From the NCBI GenBank assembly GCA_038060895.1, contig JBBTCT010000007.1:68023-132022 (forward strand): 64,000 nt of DNA, given 5' to 3'. Below are positions 19,302 to 29,345 of the stretch, one piece after another (position 1 is the first letter of the stretch; every line of letters starts with the position of its first letter). The notes under the pieces are model-generated. The model was not told the origin of the DNA, made no database searches, and saw nothing but the letters and a program-made list of their open reading frames with translations. The translations under genes and the position numbers were made by a program. The stretch is from Planctomycetota bacterium (GTDB lineage: Bacteria > Planctomycetota > MHYJ01 > WSZJ01).

Positions 19302-22300
19302 GACTCGGACCCTCCGAAGCGGTCGCGGGCGGGATCTCCTCCTCCGCTGACCTGGATTCTGAAAATTCCTGCCGAAGCTCTTCTACTTCCGCCCCGCCGT
19401 GCTCCTTCTGGGCAGCGAGCCGCGCGGCGGCTTTTCGCGAGAAGGCGAAGAAGAGGCCGGGACGGATGAGGAATTCGAAGATCGTGCCTGTGAAGAGGCC
19501 GCCGATGATGACGGTGGCGACCGGGTAGAGAAGTTCGCGGCCGGGCCGGTCCGCGGCGAGCGCGAGGGGGACAAGGGCAATCCCGCTGCAAAGGGCCGTC
19601 ATGAGCACGGGGACCATGCGCTCCTGGCCTGCCCGGACGATCATTTCGGGAGTGAAGCCTTCGCCTTCCTCGCGCATCAGGTGGATGTAGTGGTCGGTGA
19701 GAAGGATGGCGTTGCGCGCCGCGATGCCGCCGAGCGAGATCAGGCCGACGAGCGTCGCGACGGACATCGTCTGGCCGCTGAGCACGATGTACGCCACGGC
19801 GCCGACGAACGCCATCGGCATCGACGTCAGGACCTGGAGTGTGAGATTGAGGGAGCGAAAGTGCATCGCGAGAATCAGGATCATCGCGGCGAGCGAAATA
19901 AAGCTGAGGACCGAAATGAGCCTCGTTGCCTCGGCCTGCGCTTCGAACTGCCCGCTGATGCGGATGGAATAGCCGGGAAGCGCGGAGAGTCGTTTTCTGA
20001 GGGGCTCGAGAGCGCGATCGACGTCGGTGACGACCTCGCCGAGCGACCGGCCTCCTACGTTGTGCTGCACGACGATGCGACGCGAGGCGTTTTCGCGATT
20101 GATGTTGTTCGGGGTCTTGCCGACTTCGACGAGCGCGACGTCCCCGAGACGGATGGGTACTCCGCTTTCAGAACGGATGGCCAGGTTCCGGATCGAGGCA
20201 ATGTCCGCGCGGTCCTTTGGCTCGAGCCGGACAATGATCGGGAAACTCGTCTGGCCCTGGGTCATCCGCGAGATTTCTTCCCCTGCCAGCGCAAGCTCGA
20301 CCGTTTCTGCGACATGCTCCACGGTGAGACCGGCGCGGCCGAAGCGTTCGCGGTCGGGCTTGACCGTGATCTGGTCAACAAGGACCTGAGGTTCCACGAT
20401 GAGATCCCGCACACCGTCGATCCGCTGGATCGCATCTTTGGCTTCCGATGCCGCGCTGCGCAGGACTTCGAGATCCGGTCCGCTGATTTTGATCGCGACC
20501 TGCGCGTTCACGCCGGAGAGCAGGTGGCTGAGCAGGTGAGCGAGCGGCTGCTCGACTTCCGTTCCCACGCCGGGAAAATCGTCCGCGAGCCGGCCACGGA
20601 TGTCCTCCACGATTTCCTCGCGAGACCGCTTCGATTCGGGGTCAAACGTCACGATCGCTTCCGTGACGTTCACCCCTTCGGCATGCTCGTCCCCTTCGGC
20701 GCGCCCCGTGCGGCGGGCGACGTGGCGCACCCCGGCCACCTGCATGAGGGTGGCTTCCAGGCGCCGGCCGTACTGGTCGGACACCTTGAGGCTCGCGTCC
20801 GGCGGCAGGGTGAGGTTCACCTGGGCGGCGCCTTCGTTGAAGGCGGGCAGGAACTGGGAACCGCGCGTCATGAGAATGACGACGCCCAGCAGGACCAGCA
20901 CCGCGATCGAGCCGGCGAGCGGGCCGGGCCAGGCGATGCTGAAGCGGATCATGCGAGCGGCGCCGGCCTTGAGAACGCGGACGAGCCATCCGTCGCTGGC
21001 GTGTTTGGATACGAATTTTCCGTAGAGGAAGTAGTGGCAGAGGACCGGTGTCAGGGTGAGCGAGACGACCAGGCTGGCGAGCGTGCTGATGATGTAGGCG
21101 AGGCCGATGGGAGTGAACAGGCGGCCTTCCATGCCGCTCAGGAAGAAGAGCGGGAGGTACACGACGACGACGAGGAGGGTGCCGATGAGAATCGGGTTCC
21201 GGACTTCGCTGGAAGCCCGGAAAATCACCCACAGCGTGGCCTCGGGAGTTTTCGATTGTGAGTTCTCGCGGAGGCGGCGGAAGACGTTTTCGACGCCGAC
21301 GATCGCGTCGTCCACGAGAGCCCCGATGGCCACCGCCAGGCCTCCCAGCGTCATCGTGTTGATCGAAAGCCCGAACGCCTGGAACACGATGGCGGTCATC
21401 GCGACGGACAGCGGGATTGCCGTGAGCGTGATGAAGGTCGTGCGGAAGTTCAGCAGGAACAGAAACAGAATGACGACGACGAGAATCGCGCCGTCGCGCA
21501 CGGCTTCCTGCACGTTGTCGATGGCGCGGTGAATGAACGCAGCCTGCTGAAAGAGGTCCGGAACGAGAATCACGTCGCCGGGCATCGTCTTCTGCAGGTC
21601 CTTCAACTCGGCGACGACCAGTTCGGTCAACCTGACCGTGTCGACGGACGGCTGCTTGAAGACGACCATCACGACGCCCGGTTGGTTGTCCACACCCGCC
21701 TGCCCGGACAGAACCGCGGAAGGGCCGAAGTCCACGCGGGCCACGTCCTTGATCCGCACCGGCCGCACGGGATCGGGTCTCACGACGGCCTCCGCCAGTT
21801 CCTCGGGGTTTTCAAGCCGTCCTGAGTAAGCGACCAGCGGGCCCTTCCAGCCGACTTCCATCATGCCGCCTGCGGCGTTGACGTTGGCCGCCTTCACGGC
21901 CATCGACACCTCCTCGACCGTCACGTCGAACGTCCGCAGCTTGTCCGCCGACACGATCACCTGCATCTCCTGGGGCGCTCCGCCGCTTCCAACGACCTGC
22001 GCGACGCCGGGGACGCCGCGGAGACGCGGCTTGACGATGCGGTCGGCAATGGCCCGCAGCGCCGTGGCGTCCGTTTTTCCGGAGCGGCTCTGGACGCCGA
22101 CGATCTGCACCTGCCCCATGATGCTGGAAATGGGAGCCATCTGGGGCAGCACGCCTGGGGGAAGCAGCGACTGGGCCAGCTGCAGCTTTTCCTGCACGAT
22201 CTGCCGGTTGCGGAAAATCTCGGTTCCCCAGTCGAACTCGACGAACACCACGCCAAGCTCGCGACCCGCCGAGGATCGGACGCGCGTCACTCCGGTGGAT

Positions 22301-22524
22301 CCATTGAGCAGCTGTTCCAGCGGCCGGTTGATGAGCCGCTCCACGTCTTCCGGCGCCATGCCGTGCGCTTCGGACATGATGGTGACCGTCGGCCGATTGA
22401 GGTCCGGCAGAACGTCCACCGGCATTCTCAACGCGACCCAGCTGCCGTAAAACGCGACCATGATCGACCCGATCACGACGAGCACGCGGGCCCGGAGGCT
22501 CCAGGCGAGGATTCTGTTCAGCAT
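19294..22524 (-). CDS. heavy-metal efflux RND permease (CusA/CzcA family)
   Basis: MLNRILAWSL start; PVDVLPDL, TM4 AVAIGALVDDAIVGVEN, ERMVPVLMTAL. Confidence 0.93.
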   Translation of the reverse strand: MLNRILAWSLRARVLVVIGSIMVAFYGSWVALRMPVDVLPDLNRPTVTIMSEAHGMAPEDVERLINRPLEQLLNGSTGVTRVRSSAGRELGVVFVEFDWGTEIFRNRQIVQEKLQLAQSLLPPGVLPQMAPISSIMGQVQIVGVQSRSGKTDATALRAIADRIVKPRLRGVPGVAQVVGSGGAPQEMQVIVSADKLRTFDVTVEEVSMAVKAANVNAAGGMMEVGWKGPLVAYSGRLENPEELAEAVVRPDPVRPVRIKDVARVDFGPSAVLSGQAGVDNQPGVVMVVFKQPSVDTVRLTELVVAELKDLQKTMPGDVILVPDLFQQAAFIHRAIDNVQEAVRDGAILVVVILFLFLLNFRTTFITLTAIPLSVAMTAIVFQAFGLSINTMTLGGLAVAIGALVDDAIVGVENVFRRLRENSQSKTPEATLWVIFRASSEVRNPILIGTLLVVVVYLPLFFLSGMEGRLFTPIGLAYIISTLASLVVSLTLTPVLCHYFLYGKFVSKHASDGWLVRVLKAGAARMIRFSIAWPGPLAGSIAVLVLLGVVILMTRGSQFLPAFNEGAAQVNLTLPPDASLKVSDQYGRRLEATLMQVAGVRHVARRTGRAEGDEHAEGVNVTEAIVTFDPESKRSREEIVEDIRGRLADDFPGVGTEVEQPLAHLLSHLLSGVNAQVAIKISGPDLEVLRSAASEAKDAIQRIDGVRDLIVEPQVLVDQITVKPDRERFGRAGLTVEHVAETVELALAGEEISRMTQGQTSFPIIVRLEPKDRADIASIRNLAIRSESGVPIRLGDVALVEVGKTPNNINRENASRRIVVQHNVGGRSLGEVVTDVDRALEPLRKRLSALPGYSIRISGQFEAQAEATRLISVLSFISLAAMILILAMHFRSLNLTLQVLTSMPMAFVGAVAYIVLSGQTMSVATLVGLISLGGIAARNAILLTDHYIHLMREEGEGFTPEMIVRAGQERMVPVLMTALCSGIALVPLALAADRPGRELLYPVATVIIGGLFTGTIFEFLIRPGLFFAFSRKAAARLAAQKEHGGAEVEELRQEFSESRSAEEEIPPATASEGPSHA

Positions 22525-24185
22525 CAGTGGTTGTGCCCCGCATGCGCGCCCGCTGCTTCGCCCGCGCCGGCCCGAAGCGCCAGCCGGAGCGCGAACGCGC
22601 CGTGCTGGGCAATCTCGTCGTCGGGGAAAAGTTTCGAGGACTTTCCGTCCAGCACGGCCACCTCCTGGTCCTGCCAGACGACGACCACCTGCACGGGCTT
22701 CACCCCGTCGCCGTCCTTCAGGAACACGATCCGCTCCAGCCCGTCCTCGACGACCGCGTCGGAAGGCACGACGTACACGCCCTTCCATGTCTGCACCGGC
22801 ACTTGGAGCATGTAGCGAAGCCCGGGGCGGAGCTTCCAGGTGCGGAAGCGCGCCTTGTCCAGCTCGCGGGCGACGAGGGCTTCGTTCGGGATGCGCAGGG
22901 TCGCGACGGTGCCGCTGTCGGCCTCATCGTTTCTGGCGAAGAGGATGGACAGACCTTTCAAAGCCGGGCCGGTCCCTTCGACGAGCGGGCGGGCCTCGAG
23001 GGTTGCTCCTTCGGTGAGCGCCGCGATGAGCCGCGCCGCGTCGCCGCCGGCGGCCTCTGCGCTCAGGTGGAGAATGCGGGAGTCGTCGAGCACGGCCAGG
23101 CGTGTCCCGGCGTCGACGTGGTCCCCCGGTTTCACGAGAAGCTCCCGCACGTCGAAATCAGGAGCGCCATCGTGCGGCGCGCGCACTTCGACGACGGGCG
23201 ACAGCCCGCCTGCCTGCTGGAGAAACTGGACTTCGCGAAGCGTAGATCCTCGCTGCAGGAGGGCTGCGACGTGAAGGAAGTCGCGCCCGGCGTCGGCGTT
23301 GTCTTTGAACCAGGCGACGAGCGCGGGAGTGGCAAGACCGGTGCCCGCCAGTTCGCCGATCGTGGCGATGACGCGCGGTGCTTCGCGGAGATCCTCGGGA
23401 AGCGCGAGGCTCAGCGACTCCGCCTCGGGCGGCCAGAGGCCGTTCTGCTCCAGGGCCTTTTTCCAGAGCCGCTGGCCGAGAAAGGGCGCCGGGTGCCCGG
23501 ACTCGATGTGGGCGATCTGCTCCTCGGACAGGCCGTGCCGGTGCATTTCGGAGTGCGCGTTGGCCAGTTCCTTCTCGCCGCGCGAGATTTCGTATTTCAG
23601 GTCGATCAGGTTCTTGCGGGGAACGATCGGGTATCCGCCCTCCGTTCCCGTCTCCGCGAATTTCTGGAGCCGCTCGAGTTCCATGTTCAACAGCTCCAGG
23701 TTCCGCTTCGCCCTGCGGAGATCGCCGACGGCCTGGTGAAGCTGTTCGCCCGCAGGCTGAAAAATCTCCGCGGTGACCAGGAGTTCGGGCGGCGCGATGG
23801 GATCCCTGAGCAGCGTCGCAACGACGGCGCCCGCCGCCACCACGCTTCCGGCCGGAACGCGGATCTCGAGCACGCGCCCGGAGACAGGCGCGTTGACGGG
23901 GGTGACCGAGATTGCCGGGGCGACGACGGCGGCCGGAATCCCGATGTTCCGGCTGAAGTCCACTGGCGCCGCTTCGACGAAGGTCACGCCCAGGTTTTTG
24001 AGCGCCTGCTCCGAGATGTCGAGGTGGTCGCCGGCCTCATGGTCGTGTCCCTCGTGCTTGTCCTCCTCGTGCCCCCCGTCCTTTTCGGCGCCGGAGGAGG
24101 TCTGCCGCGCCGCGAACCAGCCGCCGGCGAGGCCCACCCCCGCGAAAACGAGCCCCATCACGATCGCCGCCACGATTTGCTTCAT
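22524..24185 (-). CDS. RND periplasmic adaptor (MFP), enlarged
   Basis: GGGAGG RBS, MKQIV start; N-terminal TM and His-rich tract; APVSGRV..GSVV..G lipoyl-like half; VVPSDAVV; 553 aa. Confidence 0.85.
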   Translation of the reverse strand: MKQIVAAIVMGLVFAGVGLAGGWFAARQTSSGAEKDGGHEEDKHEGHDHEAGDHLDISEQALKNLGVTFVEAAPVDFSRNIGIPAAVVAPAISVTPVNAPVSGRVLEIRVPAGSVVAAGAVVATLLRDPIAPPELLVTAEIFQPAGEQLHQAVGDLRRAKRNLELLNMELERLQKFAETGTEGGYPIVPRKNLIDLKYEISRGEKELANAHSEMHRHGLSEEQIAHIESGHPAPFLGQRLWKKALEQNGLWPPEAESLSLALPEDLREAPRVIATIGELAGTGLATPALVAWFKDNADAGRDFLHVAALLQRGSTLREVQFLQQAGGLSPVVEVRAPHDGAPDFDVRELLVKPGDHVDAGTRLAVLDDSRILHLSAEAAGGDAARLIAALTEGATLEARPLVEGTGPALKGLSILFARNDEADSGTVATLRIPNEALVARELDKARFRTWKLRPGLRYMLQVPVQTWKGVYVVPSDAVVEDGLERIVFLKDGDGVKPVQVVVVWQDQEVAVLDGKSSKLFPDDEIAQHGAFALRLALRAGAGEAAGAHAGHNH

Positions 24186-24186
24186 C

Positions 24187-25620
24187 TCACGCCTCCCTCG
24201 TCGCGCCGGGTGCGTCGTCCAACCGCCCCGACTCGTTGTTTTTATTTTCCTTCGCGGGCTCCGCGGGCCTGTCCGCCGGGTCCTCCCCGGGAAGTTCGTA
24301 AAGAGGCCGGCCAACCGCTTCCTCCAGGTCGGTCCACGACTCGCGTACCGCCTGCTCCGCTTCCAGCGACTCCAGCGCCGCCTCGCGATAGGACCGCTCG
24401 GCCACCAGCGCCTGCACCGCGTCGATTGCTCCCGCCTCCAGTCCCTTCTTCGCAAGATCGAGCTGGCTCCGCGCGAGCGTGAGGACCTTCCCTTTCCGCA
24501 GTTCCCAGCTCCCCATCAGGATCTCCAGGCGCGCCCGCGCCAACTCGACACGGGCCAGAGCCTCCCCGCACGCCGCTTCATACTTCGTGCGCAGCTCCTC
24601 CCGCCTCTCGAGCGCGAGCGCCACCCCCTGCTGATTCCGGTCGAAAATCGGTATGTCAATTCCCAGCGTCAGCCCGACAACGTACTTGGCTTCCCCGACC
24701 TCGCTGTCGCCCGAAAGCCCGAAGCGCAGGTCGGGATATTGCTTCGAGATCTCCAGCCGAAGCTGGGTCTCGGCTTCGTCGTAGCGGGATCGAAGCCTGG
24801 CCAGCGTGGGATGATTGGCGACCAGAAACGCCGCAAGGTCGTCCGTGGCAGGGAGCGGCGAGACCGAATCCGGAAGCGCACCTTCGGCGATGCCGCCAAG
24901 CACGACGCCGGAGACGCCGGTCAGCCGCGCGAGGTCGCCGGTCGCTTCCGCCTGCGCAAGGCGGGCGTCGAATCCGGCTCCTTCCGCCCTCGCGGCCTCC
25001 AGCTCGAGCTGGGCGACGTCAAGCGCCGTCCCAAGCCCCGCGTCCACCAGGCGCTTTCCAAGTTCGGCCCCGTCGCGCGCCAGCTTTCCCGCTTCCTCAG
25101 CCACGACCAGCCTCCGAACCGCCAGGGCCTGCCGGATGAAGGCGCGGCGCAGGGCGAGGTACGCTTCGCGGTGCCGCACCGCCAGCTCCACGCGCGCGAC
25201 CTCCGCCGCAAGCCGGTTCACGTCGTCCTGCCGTGACAGGCGCGCGCTCAATGGAATGGCGAAGCTGAGCGAGCCGTACGGCTGCACGTGGCGGGTCAGG
25301 ACCTCGGGGCCGAAACCGAATGCCGGCCCGATTTCAATGCCGGGGTTGGAGAGCGGCGTATCGACACCGGCGAGGGCCAGCGCCGTGAGGTACTCCGCCC
25401 GGGCCTCGGCCAGAGCCGGGCCGTGCTCCCGCAGAAGAAGCGCCGCCCGCGCGAACGTCAGGGTTCCCCGCGGATCCGGTCCGGGCGACTCTTCAAGCAG
25501 GCGCGCCCGCCGGACGTGTTCCATCACGTCGTCCACGCGGAGCGGCTTTTCCTCGTACGAAGTGCATCCCCAGAGCGACAGGCTGAACAGGGCAATGGGG
25601 ATGCCACAGGAACGGAGCAT
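24187..25620 (-). CDS. TolC/CzcC-family outer membrane factor
   Basis: Lipobox LWGC; KQYPDL, IDIPIFDRNQQG; position upstream of the MFP. Confidence 0.9.
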   Translation of the reverse strand: MLRSCGIPIALFSLSLWGCTSYEEKPLRVDDVMEHVRRARLLEESPGPDPRGTLTFARAALLLREHGPALAEARAEYLTALALAGVDTPLSNPGIEIGPAFGFGPEVLTRHVQPYGSLSFAIPLSARLSRQDDVNRLAAEVARVELAVRHREAYLALRRAFIRQALAVRRLVVAEEAGKLARDGAELGKRLVDAGLGTALDVAQLELEAARAEGAGFDARLAQAEATGDLARLTGVSGVVLGGIAEGALPDSVSPLPATDDLAAFLVANHPTLARLRSRYDEAETQLRLEISKQYPDLRFGLSGDSEVGEAKYVVGLTLGIDIPIFDRNQQGVALALERREELRTKYEAACGEALARVELARARLEILMGSWELRKGKVLTLARSQLDLAKKGLEAGAIDAVQALVAERSYREAALESLEAEQAVRESWTDLEEAVGRPLYELPGEDPADRPAEPAKENKNNESGRLDDAPGATREA

Positions 25621-25723
25621 GTCTCACCTCGCGAGCGGAATCGTTGGGGCCGTGGACGCTCCGCGCGCAATGCGGGCGGAGTCCGGGCGCCGCGATCAGG
25701 TCAGCGACAGGCGCGAGGCGCGG

Positions 25724-26113
25724 CTAGCAGCGCAGGACGTGGTGGCGGGAACCCGCCGCGACTACTCGAACGGCCGTTTCGACGGACCGGGCCGCTTCGG
25801 CACACGAAGCGCCGATGGAGAGAAGTTGCGCAGGAGGCGAAGCGACCGCCGCGTGGGCCTTGTGAATCCCGCTGGAAACCGGCGAGAGGATGTCGGTGCA
25901 GTCGCCGCAATCGGGCCCGGCAGCGAGGTGCGGCCCGCCGTCCTCGTCGCATCCGCCTTCTTCGTCGCAACAGGCGTCGTCGGAATCGCAGCACGCAAGC
26001 GCCTCGACCTCGTAGGCGAGGTGGCCGTTGTCCCCGATGCAGAGGATGGTGCCGCTCGTCGCAACGAGGGCGATCGTGTGGAAGAGACAGAGGAGGAGGG
26101 CGACCGTGCGCAT
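25724..26113 (-). CDS. small exported Cys-rich leader protein (LRC type, copy A)
   Basis: MRTVALLLCLFH..SG..LCIGDNGH..YE..CC..CC..PDCGDC.D..VLRC; aligns from the first Met with 31162..31563; alternative start at 26131. Confidence 0.75.
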   Translation of the reverse strand: MRTVALLLCLFHTIALVATSGTILCIGDNGHLAYEVEALACCDSDDACCDEEGGCDEDGGPHLAAGPDCGDCTDILSPVSSGIHKAHAAVASPPAQLLSIGASCAEAARSVETAVRVVAAGSRHHVLRC

Positions 26114-26127
26114 GAGGGGGCACTTTA

Positions 26128-29100
26128 TCATGGGGCGGCCGTCTCGATGCGGGGTTTTCTCTCGAGGCCACGGCTCCGAAGAGCCACGAACAGGGTGGGA
26201 AGCACGAACAGCGTGAGCACCGTGGCCGTCGCGAGCCCGCCGATGACCACGGTCGCGAGCGGCCGCTGGACTTCCGCGCCGATCCCGGTCGAGATCGCCA
26301 TGGGCACGAAGCCGAGGCAGGCCACCAGGGAGGTCATGAGCACGGGACGCAGTCGCTGTTCCGCGGCGGAGAGCACGGCCTCGCGCACGGGAGTTCCCGA
26401 ATCGATGAACTGGCGGATCGTGGAGACCATGACCATGTCGGCCAGCACGGATACGCCGGAGAGCGCGATGAAGCCGACGCCGGCGCTTACCGAGAAGGGC
26501 ATCCCGCGCAGGTGGAGCGCCAGCACGCCGCCCGCGACCGCGAACGGGACTCCGGTGAACACGCGCAGCGAGTCCGGGATGTTTCCGTACGTCGCGTAAA
26601 CGAGAAACAGGATCAGGACGAGCGCGAGCGGCACGACCCACGCGAGCGTCTTCATCGCGCGCACCAGGTTCTCGTACTGCCCGCCGAATTCCACGCGGCA
26701 GTTCGCGGCCCTGAGCTCGGCTCCGAGCTGCGCGTCGATCGCCGACCTCGCTTCCGAGACAAACCCGCCCAGGTCGCGCCCTTCGACGTTCACGCTCACC
26801 GTTGCCAGGCGCTTCCCCCATTCCCGCGTCACGACCATCGGCCCCGTCTCGCGCGTGACCCTGGCGACCTGCGAGAGGGTGAGCCGGCCGCCGCCGGGCG
26901 TGGGGAGCAGCAGCGATCTCAGCCCCTCCTCCCCCGTCGTAAGCCTCTCGGGGAGGCGGATGGCGAGCGGGAAGCGCCGCGAGCCGGCGCGGATCTCTCC
27001 GGCGTCGAGCCCGCCGGCAGCCTCGACCCAGTCAAGCACGTCGGCGGCGCGCAGGCCGTGGCGCGAAAGCTGGGCAGGGTCGAGTTTCACCTGCAGGACC
27101 GGCTGGCCCACGAGGCGTTCGGCGGACGGATTTGACGCGCCCGGAATGCCGCGCAGGACCTGCTCGACCCGCGCCGACATCGTCTTCAGCGCCTCGTAGT
27201 CGTCCCCGATCACCTTCACGCCGACATCCGTCCGGACCCCGGCGATCATCTCGTTGAAGCGCATCTCTATCGGCTGCGTGAACGAGAAGTTCATGCCGGG
27301 AAGCGGCTTGAGCGCGCGGTCGATGGCGGCGCGAAGCTCTTCCTTGGTGCGCGCTTTCTTCCACTTTTCCCGCGGGTGCAGGATGACGAAGACGTCGCTG
27401 ACCTCGATTCCCATCGGATCGGTCGCGACCTCCGGCGTCCCCGTCCGGGTCCAGACGGTCGCGATCTCGTCGCGGAATTCGTCGAGGAGAAGCCGCTCGA
27501 TTTCGGTCGAGAAGCGGGCCGACTCTTCGATCGAGACGCCGGGGAACCGCACCGTGTTGATGACGATCGATCCCTCGTCGAGCTTGGGGACGAAGATCGC
27601 GCCCAGTTTTCGCGCGAGCGGGATCGTGCCTAAAACCACGATGAGGGCGCTTCCCAGCACGAGCACGCGATGATCGACCGCGAACCGCACCGCCGGACGG
27701 TAGAGGCGCTTGAGCCCTCGGATGATCCAGGGTTCGTGATGGCCGCCGCCGCCGCGGCGCAGGAGAAGGCTCGCGAGGACGGGCATGAGCGTCAGGGAAA
27801 GGACCATCGAGCCCATGAGCGCGAAGATCACGGTCAGCGCCATCGGCCGGAACATTTTCCCTTCGACCCCGGCGAGCGCGAGGATCGGAAGGTAGACGAT
27901 CATGATGATGAGTTCGCCGAACATGGTGGGCTTGCGGACTTCGCTTGCGGCCTCCGCGACGATCTCCGTCACGGGGCGGCCGGTCGTGTCTTCCTGGAGA
28001 TGGCGCACCGAGTTCTCGACCATGATCACGCTCGAATCGACGATGAGGCCGAAGTCGATCGCCCCGAGCGACATGAGCGTGCCGGCGATGCCGAGCGCCC
28101 ACATGGCGGGGAACGCGAAGAGGAGTGACAGCGGGATGGCGGCGGCGACGATGAGCGAGGCCCGGAAGTGCCCCAGGAAGAGGAAGAGGATGGCGATGAC
28201 GAGGAGAGCGCCTTCGACGAGATTGCGTCGGACGGTGTCGAGGACGTGGTCCACCAGTTCGGTGCGGTCGTAGACGACGCGAACGCGCGCGCCGTTCAAC
28301 TCCGGGGACTTTCGGATCTCTTCCATTTTTTTGCGCAGGCGCCCCGCGACCACGTGACTGTTTTCGCCCATGAGCATGAAACCGAGGCCTAGAACTGTTT
28401 CGCCGCGCCCGTCCGCCGTGACGACGCCGCGCCGCGGCACGGTCCCGATGAGGACGTCGGCCACGTCCTTCACGCGTACGGGGCGGCCGTCGTGAGAACG
28501 CAGCGTGATGCCGCCGATTTCTTCCGGAGTCGACGTGAGCCCGATCCCGTGGACGAGCAGGATTTCGCCCGATCCCGCGGAAGCGCCGCCGCCCACGTTG
28601 AGGTTCGAGCGTTCGAGCGCTTCACGAAGGTCCTGAAGCGTCGCGCCGTGCTTGATGAGGCGCGCCGGGTCGGCGACGACCTGGAACTGCTTTTCGAATC
28701 CGCCCCACGCGTTGACTTCCGCGACTCCCGGCACCGACAGGAGTTGGGGCTTGATGACCCAGTCGTGCGTCGTGCGGGCGTCGGTGACGTCCCCGTTCGG
28801 GGCCGTGACGATGTAATGGTAGATCTCGCCGAGCCCGGTTGCGACCGGGCCCATTTCGGGGGCGTCGATACCCGGGGGAAGTTCGATCGACTGCATCCGC
28901 TCGAGGATCTGCGAACGCGCGGACCAGACGCTGGTGCCGTCCTCGAACACCAGGGTCACTTGTGACAGCCCGTACTTCGACATCGAGCGCACCAACCTCA
29001 ACCCCGGCATGCCGCTCATCACGGCCTCGACGCGCGCGCTGATCTGCTGCTCGACCTCGACAGGCCCGAGCCCGGGCGCCACGGTATTCACCTGCACCAT

Positions 29101-29235
29101 GACGTCCGTCACGTCCGGAAACGCGTCCAGCGGCAGCCGCTGGAACGCGGCCGCCCCCAGGAGCGCCAGTGAAGCGCAAAGCACCACCACCAGCGCCCGG
29201 TGGCGAAGCGAGAAGTTGATGACGGCATTCAGCAT
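26128..29235 (-). CDS. czcA: CzcA-type heavy-metal efflux RND permease
   Basis: PLDAFPDVT, GPVATGLGEIY, TM4 SLGAIDFGLIVDSSVIMVEN, RLRPVLMT, GAEVQRPLATVVIGGL. Confidence 0.93.
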   Translation of the reverse strand: MLNAVINFSLRHRALVVVLCASLALLGAAAFQRLPLDAFPDVTDVMVQVNTVAPGLGPVEVEQQISARVEAVMSGMPGLRLVRSMSKYGLSQVTLVFEDGTSVWSARSQILERMQSIELPPGIDAPEMGPVATGLGEIYHYIVTAPNGDVTDARTTHDWVIKPQLLSVPGVAEVNAWGGFEKQFQVVADPARLIKHGATLQDLREALERSNLNVGGGASAGSGEILLVHGIGLTSTPEEIGGITLRSHDGRPVRVKDVADVLIGTVPRRGVVTADGRGETVLGLGFMLMGENSHVVAGRLRKKMEEIRKSPELNGARVRVVYDRTELVDHVLDTVRRNLVEGALLVIAILFLFLGHFRASLIVAAAIPLSLLFAFPAMWALGIAGTLMSLGAIDFGLIVDSSVIMVENSVRHLQEDTTGRPVTEIVAEAASEVRKPTMFGELIIMIVYLPILALAGVEGKMFRPMALTVIFALMGSMVLSLTLMPVLASLLLRRGGGGHHEPWIIRGLKRLYRPAVRFAVDHRVLVLGSALIVVLGTIPLARKLGAIFVPKLDEGSIVINTVRFPGVSIEESARFSTEIERLLLDEFRDEIATVWTRTGTPEVATDPMGIEVSDVFVILHPREKWKKARTKEELRAAIDRALKPLPGMNFSFTQPIEMRFNEMIAGVRTDVGVKVIGDDYEALKTMSARVEQVLRGIPGASNPSAERLVGQPVLQVKLDPAQLSRHGLRAADVLDWVEAAGGLDAGEIRAGSRRFPLAIRLPERLTTGEEGLRSLLLPTPGGGRLTLSQVARVTRETGPMVVTREWGKRLATVSVNVEGRDLGGFVSEARSAIDAQLGAELRAANCRVEFGGQYENLVRAMKTLAWVVPLALVLILFLVYATYGNIPDSLRVFTGVPFAVAGGVLALHLRGMPFSVSAGVGFIALSGVSVLADMVMVSTIRQFIDSGTPVREAVLSAAEQRLRPVLMTSLVACLGFVPMAISTGIGAEVQRPLATVVIGGLATATVLTLFVLPTLFVALRSRGLERKPRIETAAP

Positions 29236-29270
29236 GACGCTGTGCTCACGCCCTCAGTTGAGAATTGTGA

Positions 29271-29301
29271 TTTTGAGTTGGGGTTGGAGTTGGGATTTGT
29301 C
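29271..29301. repeat. G-rich hexamer repeat element (copy 1)
   Basis: GAGTTG GGGTTG GAGTTG GGATTTGTC; a 19-mer (29283-29301) is identical to 43778-43796. Confidence 0.6.
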
Positions 29302-29345
29302 CTGGCCGTTAAGTCGCGCCCACGGCGCAACTACTCCTCCGGGCA

